NCBI GenBank assembly: GCA_963781885.1
Contig: CAWAHW010000002.1
Coordinates: 1,024,001-1,088,000 of the forward strand
Source: an uncultured Spirochaetota bacterium
GTDB taxonomy: Bacteria; Spirochaetota; Spirochaetia; SZUA-6; Fen-1364
Length of the DNA stretch: 64,000 bases
Reading direction: 5' to 3'
Positions 48,915-59,011 of the stretch are shown here, in pieces; position 1 is the stretch's first letter, and the number at the start of each line of letters is the position of its first letter. The translations under genes and the position numbers were made by a program. The notes under the pieces were generated by a model. That model made no database searches and had not been told where the DNA came from. It saw only the letters and a program-made list of their open reading frames with translations.

Positions 48915-50639
48915 TCAGGCGTTCATCATCTCGTGGATGCCGGCGCCCGCCGGAACCATCGGCCATACATTTGCCTCCCGCTCGATCTGGAAATCGAGGA
49001 AAACGGGTCTGTTCGTGATGGCGCGCGCCTCTTCCAGCGCCGGCCCGATCTGGTCGACGTGGGCGATCCGGATGCCCACCGCCCCATAGGCCTGCGCAAG
49101 CTTCACGAAGTCCGGCGTGTACGGCGGGCAGTCATCCCGCGGCTCGGCGCAGTCGGGCGGGCATCCGGCGTTGCGCTCCAGGCAGACACCCGAATAGCGC
49201 CGGTTCTGGAAGACCTCCTGCCATTGCCGGACCATGCCGAGATATCCATTGTTGAGGATCGCCACGATCACGGGCACCCTTTCGCTCACGGCAGTGGCCA
49301 GCTCCTGTACGTTCATCTGGATGGAGCCGTCGCCGGCAATATCGATCACCCGGCGGCCGGGATTGCCGAGCTGGGCGCCGATTGCCGCGGGAAAGCCGTA
49401 GCCCATCGTGCCCAGGCCGCCGGATGTCAGGAGCGACCGCGACTGCCGGAAGGTGAAGTACTGGGCAGTCCACATCTGGTTCTGGCCCACCTCCGTGGAG
49501 ATGATGGCGTCGGGGAATGCGGCGGCAATCGCGCGAATGACCGTGGCGGGGGAAAGCCTTCCGTTGCCGGGAAGCTCTCCCAGCGGATGACTGCGCTTCC
49601 ATTCGTCGGTCTCCGCGATCCAGGCGGCGTGGTCGGGCCTTTTCAGGAGCGGCAGGAGCTCATCGAGAACCGACGCAGCGTCGCCCACGATCGGGACATC
49701 CACGGCCACGTTGCGCGAGATGGATGCCGGGTCGATGTCGATCTGCACCACTGTCGCATGCGGCGCGAACTTCGAGAGGTCGCCCGTTGCCCGGTCGTCG
49801 AAACGCGTGCCCACCGCGAAGAGCAGGTCGCAGGCCTGCACGGCGGTATTCGCCGCATAGGTGCCATGCATGCCGACCATGCCGAGGAACCGGGGGTGAT
49901 CGCTTGGCAGCGCACCGATGCCCATGAGGGAGGCGACGACGGGCACATCCACGACGTCCTGCGCCCGGCGGAATGCGACCGCGGCGCCCGCAACATGGAT
50001 GCCGCCGCCGGCGTAAAACAGCGGCTTGCGTGCGCGCGCGAGCGCCAGCGCCGCCTTGCGGATCTGAGCCGGACTGCCGCGCGTCACGGGCTTGTAACCG
50101 CGGATGGAGACCGGGCCGGGGAGGGGATCGTCCGCCGCCTCCGTGAGCACGTCCTTGGGAAGGTCCACCAGGACAGGGCCGGGACGTCCCGTCCGCGCAA
50201 TGTGAAAAGCTTCGCGGATGACCCGGCCCAGCGACGCGCGATTGGTGACCAGATAGTTGTGCTTCGTGACCGAGCGGGAGATGCCGACGATGTCGGCCTC
50301 CTGGAATGCATCGTTTCCGATCATGGAGCGCGAGACCTGGCCGGTGAAAACCACAAGCGGGACGGAGTCGAAGTTCGCCGTGGCGAGACCCGTGACGGTA
50401 TTTGTCGCGCCGGGCCCGCTCGTGACGAGGCAGACCCCGACGCGACCGGTGGAGCGCGCGTAGCCGTCCGCGGCGTGCACGGCGCCCTGCTCGTGCCGCG
50501 TGAGCACGAGGCGCAGACCCCGTTCGCCGTAGAGGGCGTCGAAGACGGGGATCACCACGCCGCCGGGAAAACCGAAGACGATGTCGACCTTCTCCTCTTT
50601 CATCCCCTCGATCAGGAGCTGGGCGCCTGTCCGCGTCAT
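48915..50639 (-). CDS. ilvB: Acetolactate synthase large subunit
   Basis: [46 protein letters not shown]. Confidence 0.96.
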   Translation of the reverse strand: MTRTGAQLLIEGMKEEKVDIVFGFPGGVVIPVFDALYGERGLRLVLTRHEQGAVHAADGYARSTGRVGVCLVTSGPGATNTVTGLATANFDSVPLVVFTGQVSRSMIGNDAFQEADIVGISRSVTKHNYLVTNRASLGRVIREAFHIARTGRPGPVLVDLPKDVLTEAADDPLPGPVSIRGYKPVTRGSPAQIRKAALALARARKPLFYAGGGIHVAGAAVAFRRAQDVVDVPVVASLMGIGALPSDHPRFLGMVGMHGTYAANTAVQACDLLFAVGTRFDDRATGDLSKFAPHATVVQIDIDPASISRNVAVDVPIVGDAASVLDELLPLLKRPDHAAWIAETDEWKRSHPLGELPGNGRLSPATVIRAIAAAFPDAIISTEVGQNQMWTAQYFTFRQSRSLLTSGGLGTMGYGFPAAIGAQLGNPGRRVIDIAGDGSIQMNVQELATAVSERVPVIVAILNNGYLGMVRQWQEVFQNRRYSGVCLERNAGCPPDCAEPRDDCPPYTPDFVKLAQAYGAVGIRIAHVDQIGPALEEARAITNRPVFLDFQIEREANVWPMVPAGAGIHEMMNA

Positions 50640-52327
50640 GTTTTCCCTCTCTCACGGACGGCGCCGCGCGATGCCGGCCCGACGCTTGCCGCATATGCGT
50701 CGAGGAATGCGCTGCCGGTCGATGCGACCCGGGGCACGAATGCGGCAGTCCTGCGCTCCCATTCGTCTTTCTCTATCAGGAGGTCCAGCCGCTTGCCCGG
50801 GATATCGATCCGTATCCTGTCCCCTTCCCGTACGATACCGATGGGGCCGCCCATCGCGGCCTCGGGGGTCACGTGGCCGATGGATGCCCCGCGGCTTGCT
50901 CCCGAGAAGCGTCCGTCGGTGATCAGCGCAACCTCCCGGTCCAGCCCGATACCCGCGATCGCGGAGGTGGGCGCAAGCATCTCCCGCATGCCCGGGCCGC
51001 CGCGGGGCCCCTCGTAGCGGATGACAATCACGTCGCCCGGCCTGATCTTTTTGCCGATTATGGCGGCCTGCGCGTCCTCCTCACCGTCAAACACGCGCGC
51101 GGGCCCCTCGTGCACGAGCATCGCCGCGTCGACCGCCGCCTTCTTCACGACGCAGCCCTCCGGGGCGAGGTTGCCTTTCAGCACTGCAAGGCCGCCTTCC
51201 GCGTGGTAAGGCCGGTCGGGCAAGGCGATGTAGGTGCCGTCGGCCGCCGGGGCGCCGCGGTATGATTTCTCCAGGGACGATCCCGTGACGGTGAGCGTGC
51301 TGCCGTCAATGCACTTCATTCCGGCCAGCGCCTTCAGCACCGCCATGACGCCTCCCGCGGAATGAAGGTGCTGCATGAAATGGGGCCCCGATGGGGCAAG
51401 CGAGCAGAGATGGGGGACCTTTGCGCTCAGCAGGTCGAAATCATCCAGCGTGAGCTCCACGCCTGCTGAGGTCGCGATGGCAGGGAGGTGGAGCGCGGAG
51501 TTCGTCGATCCGCCGAGCGCCATGTCCAGCGCCACGGCGTTCAGGAATGCGGCGCGCGTCATGACCGAGCGGGGGGTGATGCCCTCCTTCACGGCACGCA
51601 CGGCGGCGCGCCCCGCCTCGCGCGCGAGGATCTGGCGGTCCGCATAGACGGCCGGGATCGTGCCGTTTCCTGGAAGGGCAATCCCCAGCGCTTCCGACAG
51701 GCAGTTCATGGTGTTTGCGGTGAAAAGCCCCGCACAGGAACCCGTGCCGGGGCAGGCGGAGCATTCCAGTCTCTTCAGGTCTTCATCCGACATGGCCCCC
51801 GCGCCGTGCTTCCCCACTGCCTCGAAGACCGTCTCCAGGCCCACGGCGCGGCCGTCGAAGCTTCCCGCGAGCATGGGCCCGCCCGAGACGATGACGGCAG
51901 GGACGTCCAGGCGCGCGGCAGCCATGAGCATGCCCGGCACGATCTTGTCGCAATTGACCACGAGCACGAGGCCGTCCAGCGCGTGCGCCTGGGCCACGAT
52001 CTCCACCGAATCGGCAATCAGGTCACGGCTGGGAAGCGAATACTTCATCCCGACGTGGCCCATCGCGATTCCGTCGCACACGCCGATGGTGCCGAACTCC
52101 GCCGCGATCCCGCCCTCCGCCCAGATGCCTTCGCGCACGCTGTCGGCAAGACGGCGCAGCTCCCGATGTCCCGGGATGAGCTCGCTGTACGAGTTGGCGA
52201 TGCCGATGACGGGACGGCCCATATCGCCGTCTTCCCACCCCAGGGCGTGGAAAAGGCTCCTGTGCGGTGCGCGCTCCGCGCCCTCCTGCACGGCCGCGCT
52301 GCGACGTTTCGTTGTCCACGTGCTCAT
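50636..52327 (-). CDS. ilvD: Dihydroxy-acid dehydratase
   Basis: [46 protein letters not shown]; GGAGG SD. Confidence 0.96.
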   Translation of the reverse strand: MSTWTTKRRSAAVQEGAERAPHRSLFHALGWEDGDMGRPVIGIANSYSELIPGHRELRRLADSVREGIWAEGGIAAEFGTIGVCDGIAMGHVGMKYSLPSRDLIADSVEIVAQAHALDGLVLVVNCDKIVPGMLMAAARLDVPAVIVSGGPMLAGSFDGRAVGLETVFEAVGKHGAGAMSDEDLKRLECSACPGTGSCAGLFTANTMNCLSEALGIALPGNGTIPAVYADRQILAREAGRAAVRAVKEGITPRSVMTRAAFLNAVALDMALGGSTNSALHLPAIATSAGVELTLDDFDLLSAKVPHLCSLAPSGPHFMQHLHSAGGVMAVLKALAGMKCIDGSTLTVTGSSLEKSYRGAPAADGTYIALPDRPYHAEGGLAVLKGNLAPEGCVVKKAAVDAAMLVHEGPARVFDGEEDAQAAIIGKKIRPGDVIVIRYEGPRGGPGMREMLAPTSAIAGIGLDREVALITDGRFSGASRGASIGHVTPEAAMGGPIGIVREGDRIRIDIPGKRLDLLIEKDEWERRTAAFVPRVASTGSAFLDAYAASVGPASRGAVRERGKT

Positions 52328-52350
52328 GAAGCCTCCTTTGCTCACGGAGC

Positions 52351-52387
52351 AAAAAAAAGGGCCGCTCTCCCGGAAGGAGAACGGCCC
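52351..52387 (-). terminator. Attenuator terminator upstream of ilvD
   Basis: GGGCCGTTCTCC-TTCCG-GGAGAGCGGCCC-TTTTTTTT on the minus strand. Confidence 0.88.
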
Positions 52388-52414
52388 GCGCTGAACGTCG
52401 TCATCGACCGCGCG

Positions 52415-52504
52415 CTACCCTCCCGGGCGTCTCTGGCTCCTCTCAAGGAGGACGCGAATAAGGATGAGCCCGGAAATGGAAAGAGACCGGCAGGCGCTTT
52501 TCAT
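52415..52504 (-). CDS. ilv/leu operon leader peptide
   Basis: MKSACRSLSISGLILIRVLLERSQRRPGG*, with an LILIRVLL run, between a TTGACA promoter and the terminator. Confidence 0.75.
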   Translation of the reverse strand: MKSACRSLSISGLILIRVLLERSQRRPGG

Positions 52505-52563
52505 GTCACGGTATATATATGCGGCCTTTGGATATTTGTCAAGGGAGAAAACGCACGCCGAAT

Positions 52564-54051
52564 CTAGAATGTGGCCGCGCGCCGCTCGAATGATTTCTGC
52601 AGTCGGTCCAGGATTGCGCGCGCCTGCTCCTCGTCCTGGATGCGGAAATCGCTCAGCACGGGCCTTTCGATCTGCTCGAAGTTGATCAGGTCGCGCTCGA
52701 TACCGGTGTAGGCGTTGGCGAGATAGACGCAGAATACGACGTCCTTGTACTGGAGCGGACTGGACAGCGGGTCGTGGTGGAACTTGATGCCGTGCACGAG
52801 CTGCTCGGGGAAGTTCCACTTCTTGGCGATGAGCGCGCCGATGTCGGCGTGATTGAGGCCGAAGGAGAAGCGCTCCAGGATGCGCGGCGGGATGTCCTTC
52901 TCCTTGCAGAACCGGGCCATCTGCTCCATCGCATTGGGATGGAGATAGCTCACGATGATCTGGCCCAGGTCGTGCAGGATGCCCGCGACGTAGACGTCGT
53001 CCAGGATGTCGGCCTTCGGCTTGAGGCTGCGCGCCAGAAGATAGGCGTAGTAGGCGACGCGGTTGGAGTGCTCCCAGAGCGTCTTCATCTCCGCGTACTT
53101 CTCCCCGAGTATCTTCTGCGCGCCGTAGGAATAGAGCAGGTTGCGCAGGCCCTTCATGCCGACGATTTTCACGCCCTGGAGGATGTTGTTCACCCGGCGG
53201 GGCAGCACGTAGTGCGCCGAGTTCACGAGCTTCAGGAGGTCCGCCGTCAGCGTGGGGTCCGTGGCAATGCGGCCCGCCATCTGGGCGATGGTCGCCCGGG
53301 GGTCCTCCGTGAGGTGGATGAGCTCGACGATCGTCTCGGGGAAATGCGGCAGGGAATCGACGTCGCGGACGATGGCCTCCGTGAGCACGCTGATCTTTTC
53401 CAGCTGCACCTGACTCATGGGGATGCTGAGAGTCGCCACGGTCTCTCCGTCGTGCGGCTCGATGGAGAATGCCTCCTCCCCGAGCCCCAGGCGGCGGAGG
53501 AACTGCAGGAGGATGAGGATGCCCAGCCCCGCGCCCTCCGTTGAATCGATGGGCTGCGCAAGGGCCTCCACGAAGGAATGGAACGCACGGGCGCGCGTGA
53601 TGCGGTCGTAGATGCGCGTCTGCTCCCGCGGGGTGAGCTCCGCGCTGTTGCGCACGGATATCTCGAGGCTCCCGCGCGTCGTATGGAACGTGACGCCGAT
53701 GTACTGGCTGCGCTCCTTCAGCAGGTCGAGCCAGTGCTCCAGACGTTCGGCGGATTGCACGCGGAAATCCTTCATGCCCGCGTCGTAGTCGCCGTCGTTG
53801 AGGATGTCCAGACCCTTCTCCTCGAAATAGAGCCGCTTCATGTTCGCCTTCTGCGCGTTCACGATCAGCTCCTTCAGGCAGTAGGAGAGCGGCTCGAGGA
53901 TGCGCTCCTGGCCGAGCTCGGCAAGGTAGGCTTCCAGGATCCTGTCCAGCAGGGCATGTGATTCATGCGGAAGGCTTGTCAGGCGGAAGGTGAGGGGAAT
54001 CGAGCGCAGGGCTGCCTTCTGAATTTCAGAGATGTCGATTGTTGTAGCCAT
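52564..54051 (-). CDS. GHKL-like ATPase domain plus HDOD domain protein
   Basis: ELIVNAQKAN and EGAGLG in the N-terminal half; LPHFP, DPTLTADLLKLVNS, ILHDLG, KKWNFP..HH. Confidence 0.85.
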   Translation of the reverse strand: MATTIDISEIQKAALRSIPLTFRLTSLPHESHALLDRILEAYLAELGQERILEPLSYCLKELIVNAQKANMKRLYFEEKGLDILNDGDYDAGMKDFRVQSAERLEHWLDLLKERSQYIGVTFHTTRGSLEISVRNSAELTPREQTRIYDRITRARAFHSFVEALAQPIDSTEGAGLGILILLQFLRRLGLGEEAFSIEPHDGETVATLSIPMSQVQLEKISVLTEAIVRDVDSLPHFPETIVELIHLTEDPRATIAQMAGRIATDPTLTADLLKLVNSAHYVLPRRVNNILQGVKIVGMKGLRNLLYSYGAQKILGEKYAEMKTLWEHSNRVAYYAYLLARSLKPKADILDDVYVAGILHDLGQIIVSYLHPNAMEQMARFCKEKDIPPRILERFSFGLNHADIGALIAKKWNFPEQLVHGIKFHHDPLSSPLQYKDVVFCVYLANAYTGIERDLINFEQIERPVLSDFRIQDEEQARAILDRLQKSFERRAATF

Positions 54052-54126
54052 GCAGAAGGGAGTATAGCAGGAACCGGGCGGCAACGAAAGCCGCGGCAAC
54101 GGTCGTTCTCCGGCAGGGCCGGCGCT

Positions 54127-55902
54127 CTATGTCTCCGTTGCGAGGATGTCGTCGATGCTTTCCGGGTGCTCCTTGAATGACTCCAGCATCTGTATCCTCT
54201 GGAACGTCTCCAGGCTGTCAACGAACACGTCCACGATGTCCGGGTCGAAATGCGTCCCGCGTTCCCCCGTGATGATCTTCACCGCCTCTTCGTGGGGGAG
54301 GGCGTCCTTGTAGCTGCGCTTGCTTGTCAGGGCGTCATAGACGTCCGCCACCGCCACCAGACGCGCCGAGAGCGGGATCTGATCGCCCTTGCGGCCCGCG
54401 GGATAGCCGCCGCCGTCCCAGCGCTCATGGTGGGAGAATGCCACTTCCTTGCCGATGGTGAGAAAGGATTCCAGCTTCACCTCGAGGTCCACGGAGCGCA
54501 GCGCCTCGCCGCCCAGAGTGGCATGGCGCTTCATCTTCTCGAACTCCGCGGGGGTGAGCCGGCCGGGCTTCTGCAGGAGCGCGTCCTCGATGCCGATCTT
54601 GCCCACGTCGTGGAGCACGGAGGAGAGGCAGAGGTCCTCGATGTAGTCAGGCGTGATGTAGGCGGCGTATTTCGGCAGTTTTGCAAGACCGGTGGCGAGC
54701 ACACGCGTGTACTCGCGGATGCGCTCCAGGTGCTTTCCCGTGTCCAGGTCGCGGTATTCCGTGAGCTTTGCGAACCCGAGGATGGCGGCGGACTGCGTCT
54801 CCTTGATCTGCAGGAACGACGCCTGGAGCTTTTTCTCCAGGCGGACGCGCTCGGTGAGATCGCGCTCCATGATGGAGTAGGCGATGGTCTCACCGGTCGT
54901 GCTCGTGAGGGCGGAGTACGAGGCGTAGGTGAACTTGATGGTGCCATCCGCGCAGCGCCGCGGCACGTCGGTCTCCACGTGCCGCCCCTTGTTGCGATCC
55001 ACAAGCGAGATGATCTGGGCGATGGGGATGCTTTTCTTGTGGACCTGGAAGACCTCGTTGAAATCGCGGCCGACGATGTCGTCGCGTCGGTAGCCATACA
55101 TCTTCTCCGCGTAATAATTGCAGTTCACGATCTTCCCCAGCGGATCGACGATGATGATGGAGGAGAGGATGGTGTCGAAGAGGAGCATGTAGTTGCGCTC
55201 CGAGATCTTGAGGCGCGCCTCCAGGTTCTTGACGTACGTGACGTCCTTGAAATGCGTGGTGTACCCCGTGACCACGCCGCGGTCGTCGCGGACGACCCAG
55301 GAGGTGTCCAGCACGCGCCGCGGCTGGCGCGCACGCGTGAAAAGATGCGTCTCAAGGTTGTAGACCGCGTCCGATTCGGCAAGACGAAGGATCTTGTCCT
55401 CCAGCTCGGGCAGGTGCGCGTAGAGGGCGGAGATGTTCGGCAGCGCGTCCCCCTGCTCCCAGCCCAGGAGCTCCCGGAAGGCGGGGTTGGCGAGCGTGAT
55501 CGTGCCGGTCAGGTCCGCCGAGATGAGCGGGTCTCCGATGTTGCTGAAGAGATTCTCCAGCTCCCGCCGGGAGCGCTTGGCCGTGGTGCCGCCGGTCGGA
55601 GCCGCGGTGACGCGCGCGAGGGTGTAGCTGTCGTGATGGGCCCCCATCGTGAGCGCCGAGATGGTGAAAAGCCGCGGCGTGCCGCCATGGTCCTCGATCA
55701 GCACCTCATGGTCGCACGACCCGTCCTTTTCCGCCGCGCTGAGGGCGGTGAGGAGCTCGGATTCGCGCGCGAGCACGTCCGTCGTGCAAAGTCCTGTGGA
55801 TTTCAGAAGGACGTCATTCCAGAAGACGATCCTGCGGTCCGCGTTGACGATGAAAAAGCCGTCCGCGAACTCGTCGATGATCTTCAGGAGGATCTCATTC
55901 AC
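54127..55902 (-). CDS. PAS x3 plus HD-GYP c-di-GMP phosphodiesterase
   Basis: Three PAS-like segments; RD..TGKH, LHDVGKIG, HHERWDGGGYP, ADVYDAL. Confidence 0.9.
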   Translation of the reverse strand: MNEILLKIIDEFADGFFIVNADRRIVFWNDVLLKSTGLCTTDVLARESELLTALSAAEKDGSCDHEVLIEDHGGTPRLFTISALTMGAHHDSYTLARVTAAPTGGTTAKRSRRELENLFSNIGDPLISADLTGTITLANPAFRELLGWEQGDALPNISALYAHLPELEDKILRLAESDAVYNLETHLFTRARQPRRVLDTSWVVRDDRGVVTGYTTHFKDVTYVKNLEARLKISERNYMLLFDTILSSIIIVDPLGKIVNCNYYAEKMYGYRRDDIVGRDFNEVFQVHKKSIPIAQIISLVDRNKGRHVETDVPRRCADGTIKFTYASYSALTSTTGETIAYSIMERDLTERVRLEKKLQASFLQIKETQSAAILGFAKLTEYRDLDTGKHLERIREYTRVLATGLAKLPKYAAYITPDYIEDLCLSSVLHDVGKIGIEDALLQKPGRLTPAEFEKMKRHATLGGEALRSVDLEVKLESFLTIGKEVAFSHHERWDGGGYPAGRKGDQIPLSARLVAVADVYDALTSKRSYKDALPHEEAVKIITGERGTHFDPDIVDVFVDSLETFQRIQMLESFKEHPESIDDILATET

Positions 55903-56030
55903 GAAGCATCCTTTCGGGGACGGGAAAGCGTAGCACCGCGGGCAGGTGGTGTCAATGCGACGTCGTCCCCCGCCTTTTCAATCTTTCAATCGCCGGGCTT
56001 TCTCTCTATACTATAGGCCGGGAGCGGTGA

Positions 56031-57998
56031 ATGAGAAAAATCCGCATTGTCGTCCTCCTCCTGGTCGGTGTCTCTCGCCTGCTTCCCGCCGAGCCCCTCG
56101 GCGCCGCATGGACGCCGGTCGTTCCGGAGGGCCGCGGCATGTGGCTGCGGAGCGAAGGGACCCTGCCGGCCGGCAGTTTTGCGCTTGTCGTGTCCCCCGC
56201 GGCGGTCGTGGAACAGGTCACGCTCGACGCCGTGGTCGTCGAACGGCCCGTCGACGCCGCGGCCCCCGCGTACCGCGCCTTCATGCTCCCCGCGACCCAG
56301 GACGCCGGCGCGCACGTGCTCACGGTGCGCTACCACGCCACGGGGATCACCGACGCGCTGCCGACTTTCACCGTGGTGCCCGGCGCCGGCATCCGCACGC
56401 GCCTGGCGCTCCTTAATATTCCCGTGATCCCCCTGAGGCTTTTCGCGGGGCTCTTCTCCCTTCTGCTCGCCATCCAGTTTCTCATCCAATACATCCGTCA
56501 ACGCTCCACGGAGACTTTTCTTCTGATTGCCATGCTCGCGGCCAACGCGCTCTCGGAGCTGTTTCCTGCCTACCTGGTCGTTTTCGTCCCCATGGGCATC
56601 GCAGTGAAGATCGGGGGAGCGGCATTCGCGGTGGCTGCCGTGACGCTCCTTTACTCGATGCTGCGGATGCTGAAATTCGACCGGTTGCCGTTCGTGCTGC
56701 CCCTCGTGCTCTGTCCGATCGCCGCCGCCTGTGTCATGGCAGCGTCTCCCCACCTGTCCCTCATGGTCGCCGCGGGCCTGGTGACGCGCGGTGTGCTTGC
56801 CGCCTGCTTCGCCTGCGTGGCGGTGCTCTGCGGCGTGAGCATGCTCAAGGCGGGATTCCGCCGTGCGCTCCTCCCGCTCCTCCTTTCCGTGTCCCTGTTC
56901 GCGGCGCTGGCCGCCGGTGTCGCACTCGACGTTCTCCTGCCGGGGCGGGCGTTCATCGCCTTCCTGCCCGGCCTCCTCATCGCCCTGTTCCAGGGCTCCG
57001 TTTCAACGAGCGAGCTCCTGCGCACGCAGGGCATGTACCGGCAGACCAGCCAGGAGCTGATCGAGCGCATCGAGAGCGACTGGGAGATGATCGAGCGCAT
57101 CCGCGAGGGCAAGGAGCTCCTGGAAAAGCGCAACATCGACATCATGAAGCTTTCCGGGAAGCTCCTGGAAAGCGCGCAGAAGCAGTCTTTCACCATCGGC
57201 GGTCTCATCGTCTCCCTGGAGGATGCCGGCACGGGAGAGTCGCGGGTCGTCGCGAAGGAAAGGGACATCCTCGGCTACACGGAGCAGGTGGACGGCCTGA
57301 TCACGAGCTTCAACACCCAGATCCTCGAGACGCTGGAGGAGATGGAAGCCCTCTACCAGCGCTCCATCGTGATCCGCAAGGCGGTGAGCCAGATCATCGG
57401 CATCGCCGAGAAGACGCACATGCTTTCCCTGAACGCCTCCATCGAGGCGGCAAAGGCCGGCGCGGCGGGAAAAGGCTTCTCCGTCGTCGCGCAGGAGATC
57501 CGCAAGCTCGCCGACCTCACCCGCACCGTGTCCGATCAGGTGAGCGCGGTCATACGGGATACCAACCGCGGCATCGAGAAGGGCGTGAGCCGCATCAAGG
57601 GCCTGGGCACGGGATTCGTGGAGATCATGAAACGGAGCGAGGAAATCCGGACGATGATCGCGGAGAACTCGCACGCCTTGGAAGACGTGAGCAGGGCGCA
57701 TACCCACATCCAGGACGGGCTTGCCGGCGTCGACAGCCTGATACGGGCGATCCTCGAGGTTTCCCACGACATGCGCGAGATGACCGACCGGCTCGCCGCG
57801 GCATTCTCCTGGTTCGGCGAGACCCTGAAGCTGAAGGAAGAGGCGGCGGGCACGCTTCCGCCCATGGCGGCGATGCCTCCCGAGGCGACCGATTTGCCGG
57901 TGGAGGCGGCCGAGGTGGAGGAAATACCCGACGACGCGCCCGGCGCGGAGCTCACGAGCGCTGCCTCCAGCAACGCCGGCTCGTCCGGGACGCCCTGA
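56031..57998 (+). CDS. Methyl-accepting chemotaxis protein with multi-TM sensor
   Basis: [35 protein letters not shown] signalling tip; about 7 TM segments. Confidence 0.85.
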   Translation: MRKIRIVVLLLVGVSRLLPAEPLGAAWTPVVPEGRGMWLRSEGTLPAGSFALVVSPAAVVEQVTLDAVVVERPVDAAAPAYRAFMLPATQDAGAHVLTVRYHATGITDALPTFTVVPGAGIRTRLALLNIPVIPLRLFAGLFSLLLAIQFLIQYIRQRSTETFLLIAMLAANALSELFPAYLVVFVPMGIAVKIGGAAFAVAAVTLLYSMLRMLKFDRLPFVLPLVLCPIAAACVMAASPHLSLMVAAGLVTRGVLAACFACVAVLCGVSMLKAGFRRALLPLLLSVSLFAALAAGVALDVLLPGRAFIAFLPGLLIALFQGSVSTSELLRTQGMYRQTSQELIERIESDWEMIERIREGKELLEKRNIDIMKLSGKLLESAQKQSFTIGGLIVSLEDAGTGESRVVAKERDILGYTEQVDGLITSFNTQILETLEEMEALYQRSIVIRKAVSQIIGIAEKTHMLSLNASIEAAKAGAAGKGFSVVAQEIRKLADLTRTVSDQVSAVIRDTNRGIEKGVSRIKGLGTGFVEIMKRSEEIRTMIAENSHALEDVSRAHTHIQDGLAGVDSLIRAILEVSHDMREMTDRLAAAFSWFGETLKLKEEAAGTLPPMAAMPPEATDLPVEAAEVEEIPDDAPGAELTSAASSNAGSSGTP

Positions 57999-58009
57999 GA
58001 TTCCGGCGA

Positions 58010-58432
58010 CTATGAAACCGGTGCGTCTCCGATGAGGCACAGCCATTCCGCTTCCACGGCGACCTCCTCACCCACATACGCGGTACCCGACTGTCTGAGC
58101 ACTTTTTTGCTGATGCGCAGATTGCGGATGACCATGCGAAGCTCGTCGCCCGGCTTCACCTGGTGGCGGAATTTCGCCTTTTCAATTGCGGCCAGAAAGA
58201 AGAGCCCCGGATTGCCGGTCACCATTTTCACCCCTGCGCCTCCGCACTGCGCCATTGTCTCTATCAGAATGACCCCCGGGACAACGGGAAAGCCCGGGAA
58301 ATGGCCGGCAAAGAAAAACTCCTTCCCGGTAAAGCGTCGGTGGCCGATCACCTGTTCTTCGGTCGCGCTCTCGATGCGATCCACGAACAGGAATGGCTCC
58401 CGATGGGGGAGAAATTCTTTTATGTCGGTCAT
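58010..58432 (-). CDS. fabZ: 3-hydroxyacyl-ACP dehydratase
   Basis: LPHREPFLFVDR, FFAGHFPG.PVVPGVILIETMAQ. Confidence 0.95.
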   Translation of the reverse strand: MTDIKEFLPHREPFLFVDRIESATEEQVIGHRRFTGKEFFFAGHFPGFPVVPGVILIETMAQCGGAGVKMVTGNPGLFFLAAIEKAKFRHQVKPGDELRMVIRNLRISKKVLRQSGTAYVGEEVAVEAEWLCLIGDAPVS

Positions 58433-58571
58433 GGTCGGGACAGTAGCATGGGTCGCATGGCTTGGGAAGGTGGTTGAATTGACACTCGCGGGGTCAAATG
58501 CTAATTTCCGACCGATTTAGTCATGGATACGAAAGTCTTGCGGCTGTTCGAATCTGACGAAGAGGAAGAAA

Positions 58572-59011
58572 ATGGAACTGAAAGATCTATACGCCTTGAT
58601 GGAGAAATTCGAGAAAAGCGGGCTTTCGGAGCTGAGCTATAAAAAAGACGGCACTGAGGTAAGCCTAAAAAAAGCCTCTGCGGTTCCCGCCTATGCTCCG
58701 CCTGCGCCACCGTATCCTTCCGCGCGTGAAGCGCACCAGGCGCCCGCAGAGACAGCCCGGCCGGATCCGGTACCGAGCTCATCAGGGCGCCGCTCGTGGG
58801 GACATTCTATCGTGCCCCCGCGCCTGATGCGCCCCCATTTGCGGAAAAGGGCGACACCATCAAGAAGGGCAAACCTCTCTGCATCCTCGAGGCCATGAAG
58901 CTGATGAACGAATTCCAGGCCGAGTTCGATCTGGAGGTCGTCGAAGTGCTCGTGGACAACGGCAAGATGGTTGAGTTCGGCGCGCCCCTCTTCGAGGTGC
59001 GCCGGTTATGA
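58572..59011 (+). CDS. accB: Biotin carboxyl carrier protein (frameshift between about 58700 and 58770)
   Basis: N-terminal ELKDLY..FEKSGLSEL; second frame APLVGTFYRAPAP..ILEAMKLMN. Confidence 0.9.

Noticed and set aside
48933-51017. Long antisense ORFs (also 9304-11130, 54250-56016, 58807-60342, 33539-34822)
   Set aside because: Shadow frames of GC-rich genes, with no recognisable motifs
52351-52504. T-box riboswitch upstream of ilvD
   Set aside because: No TGGNACCGCG T-box and the leader is too short; a leader-peptide attenuator fits better
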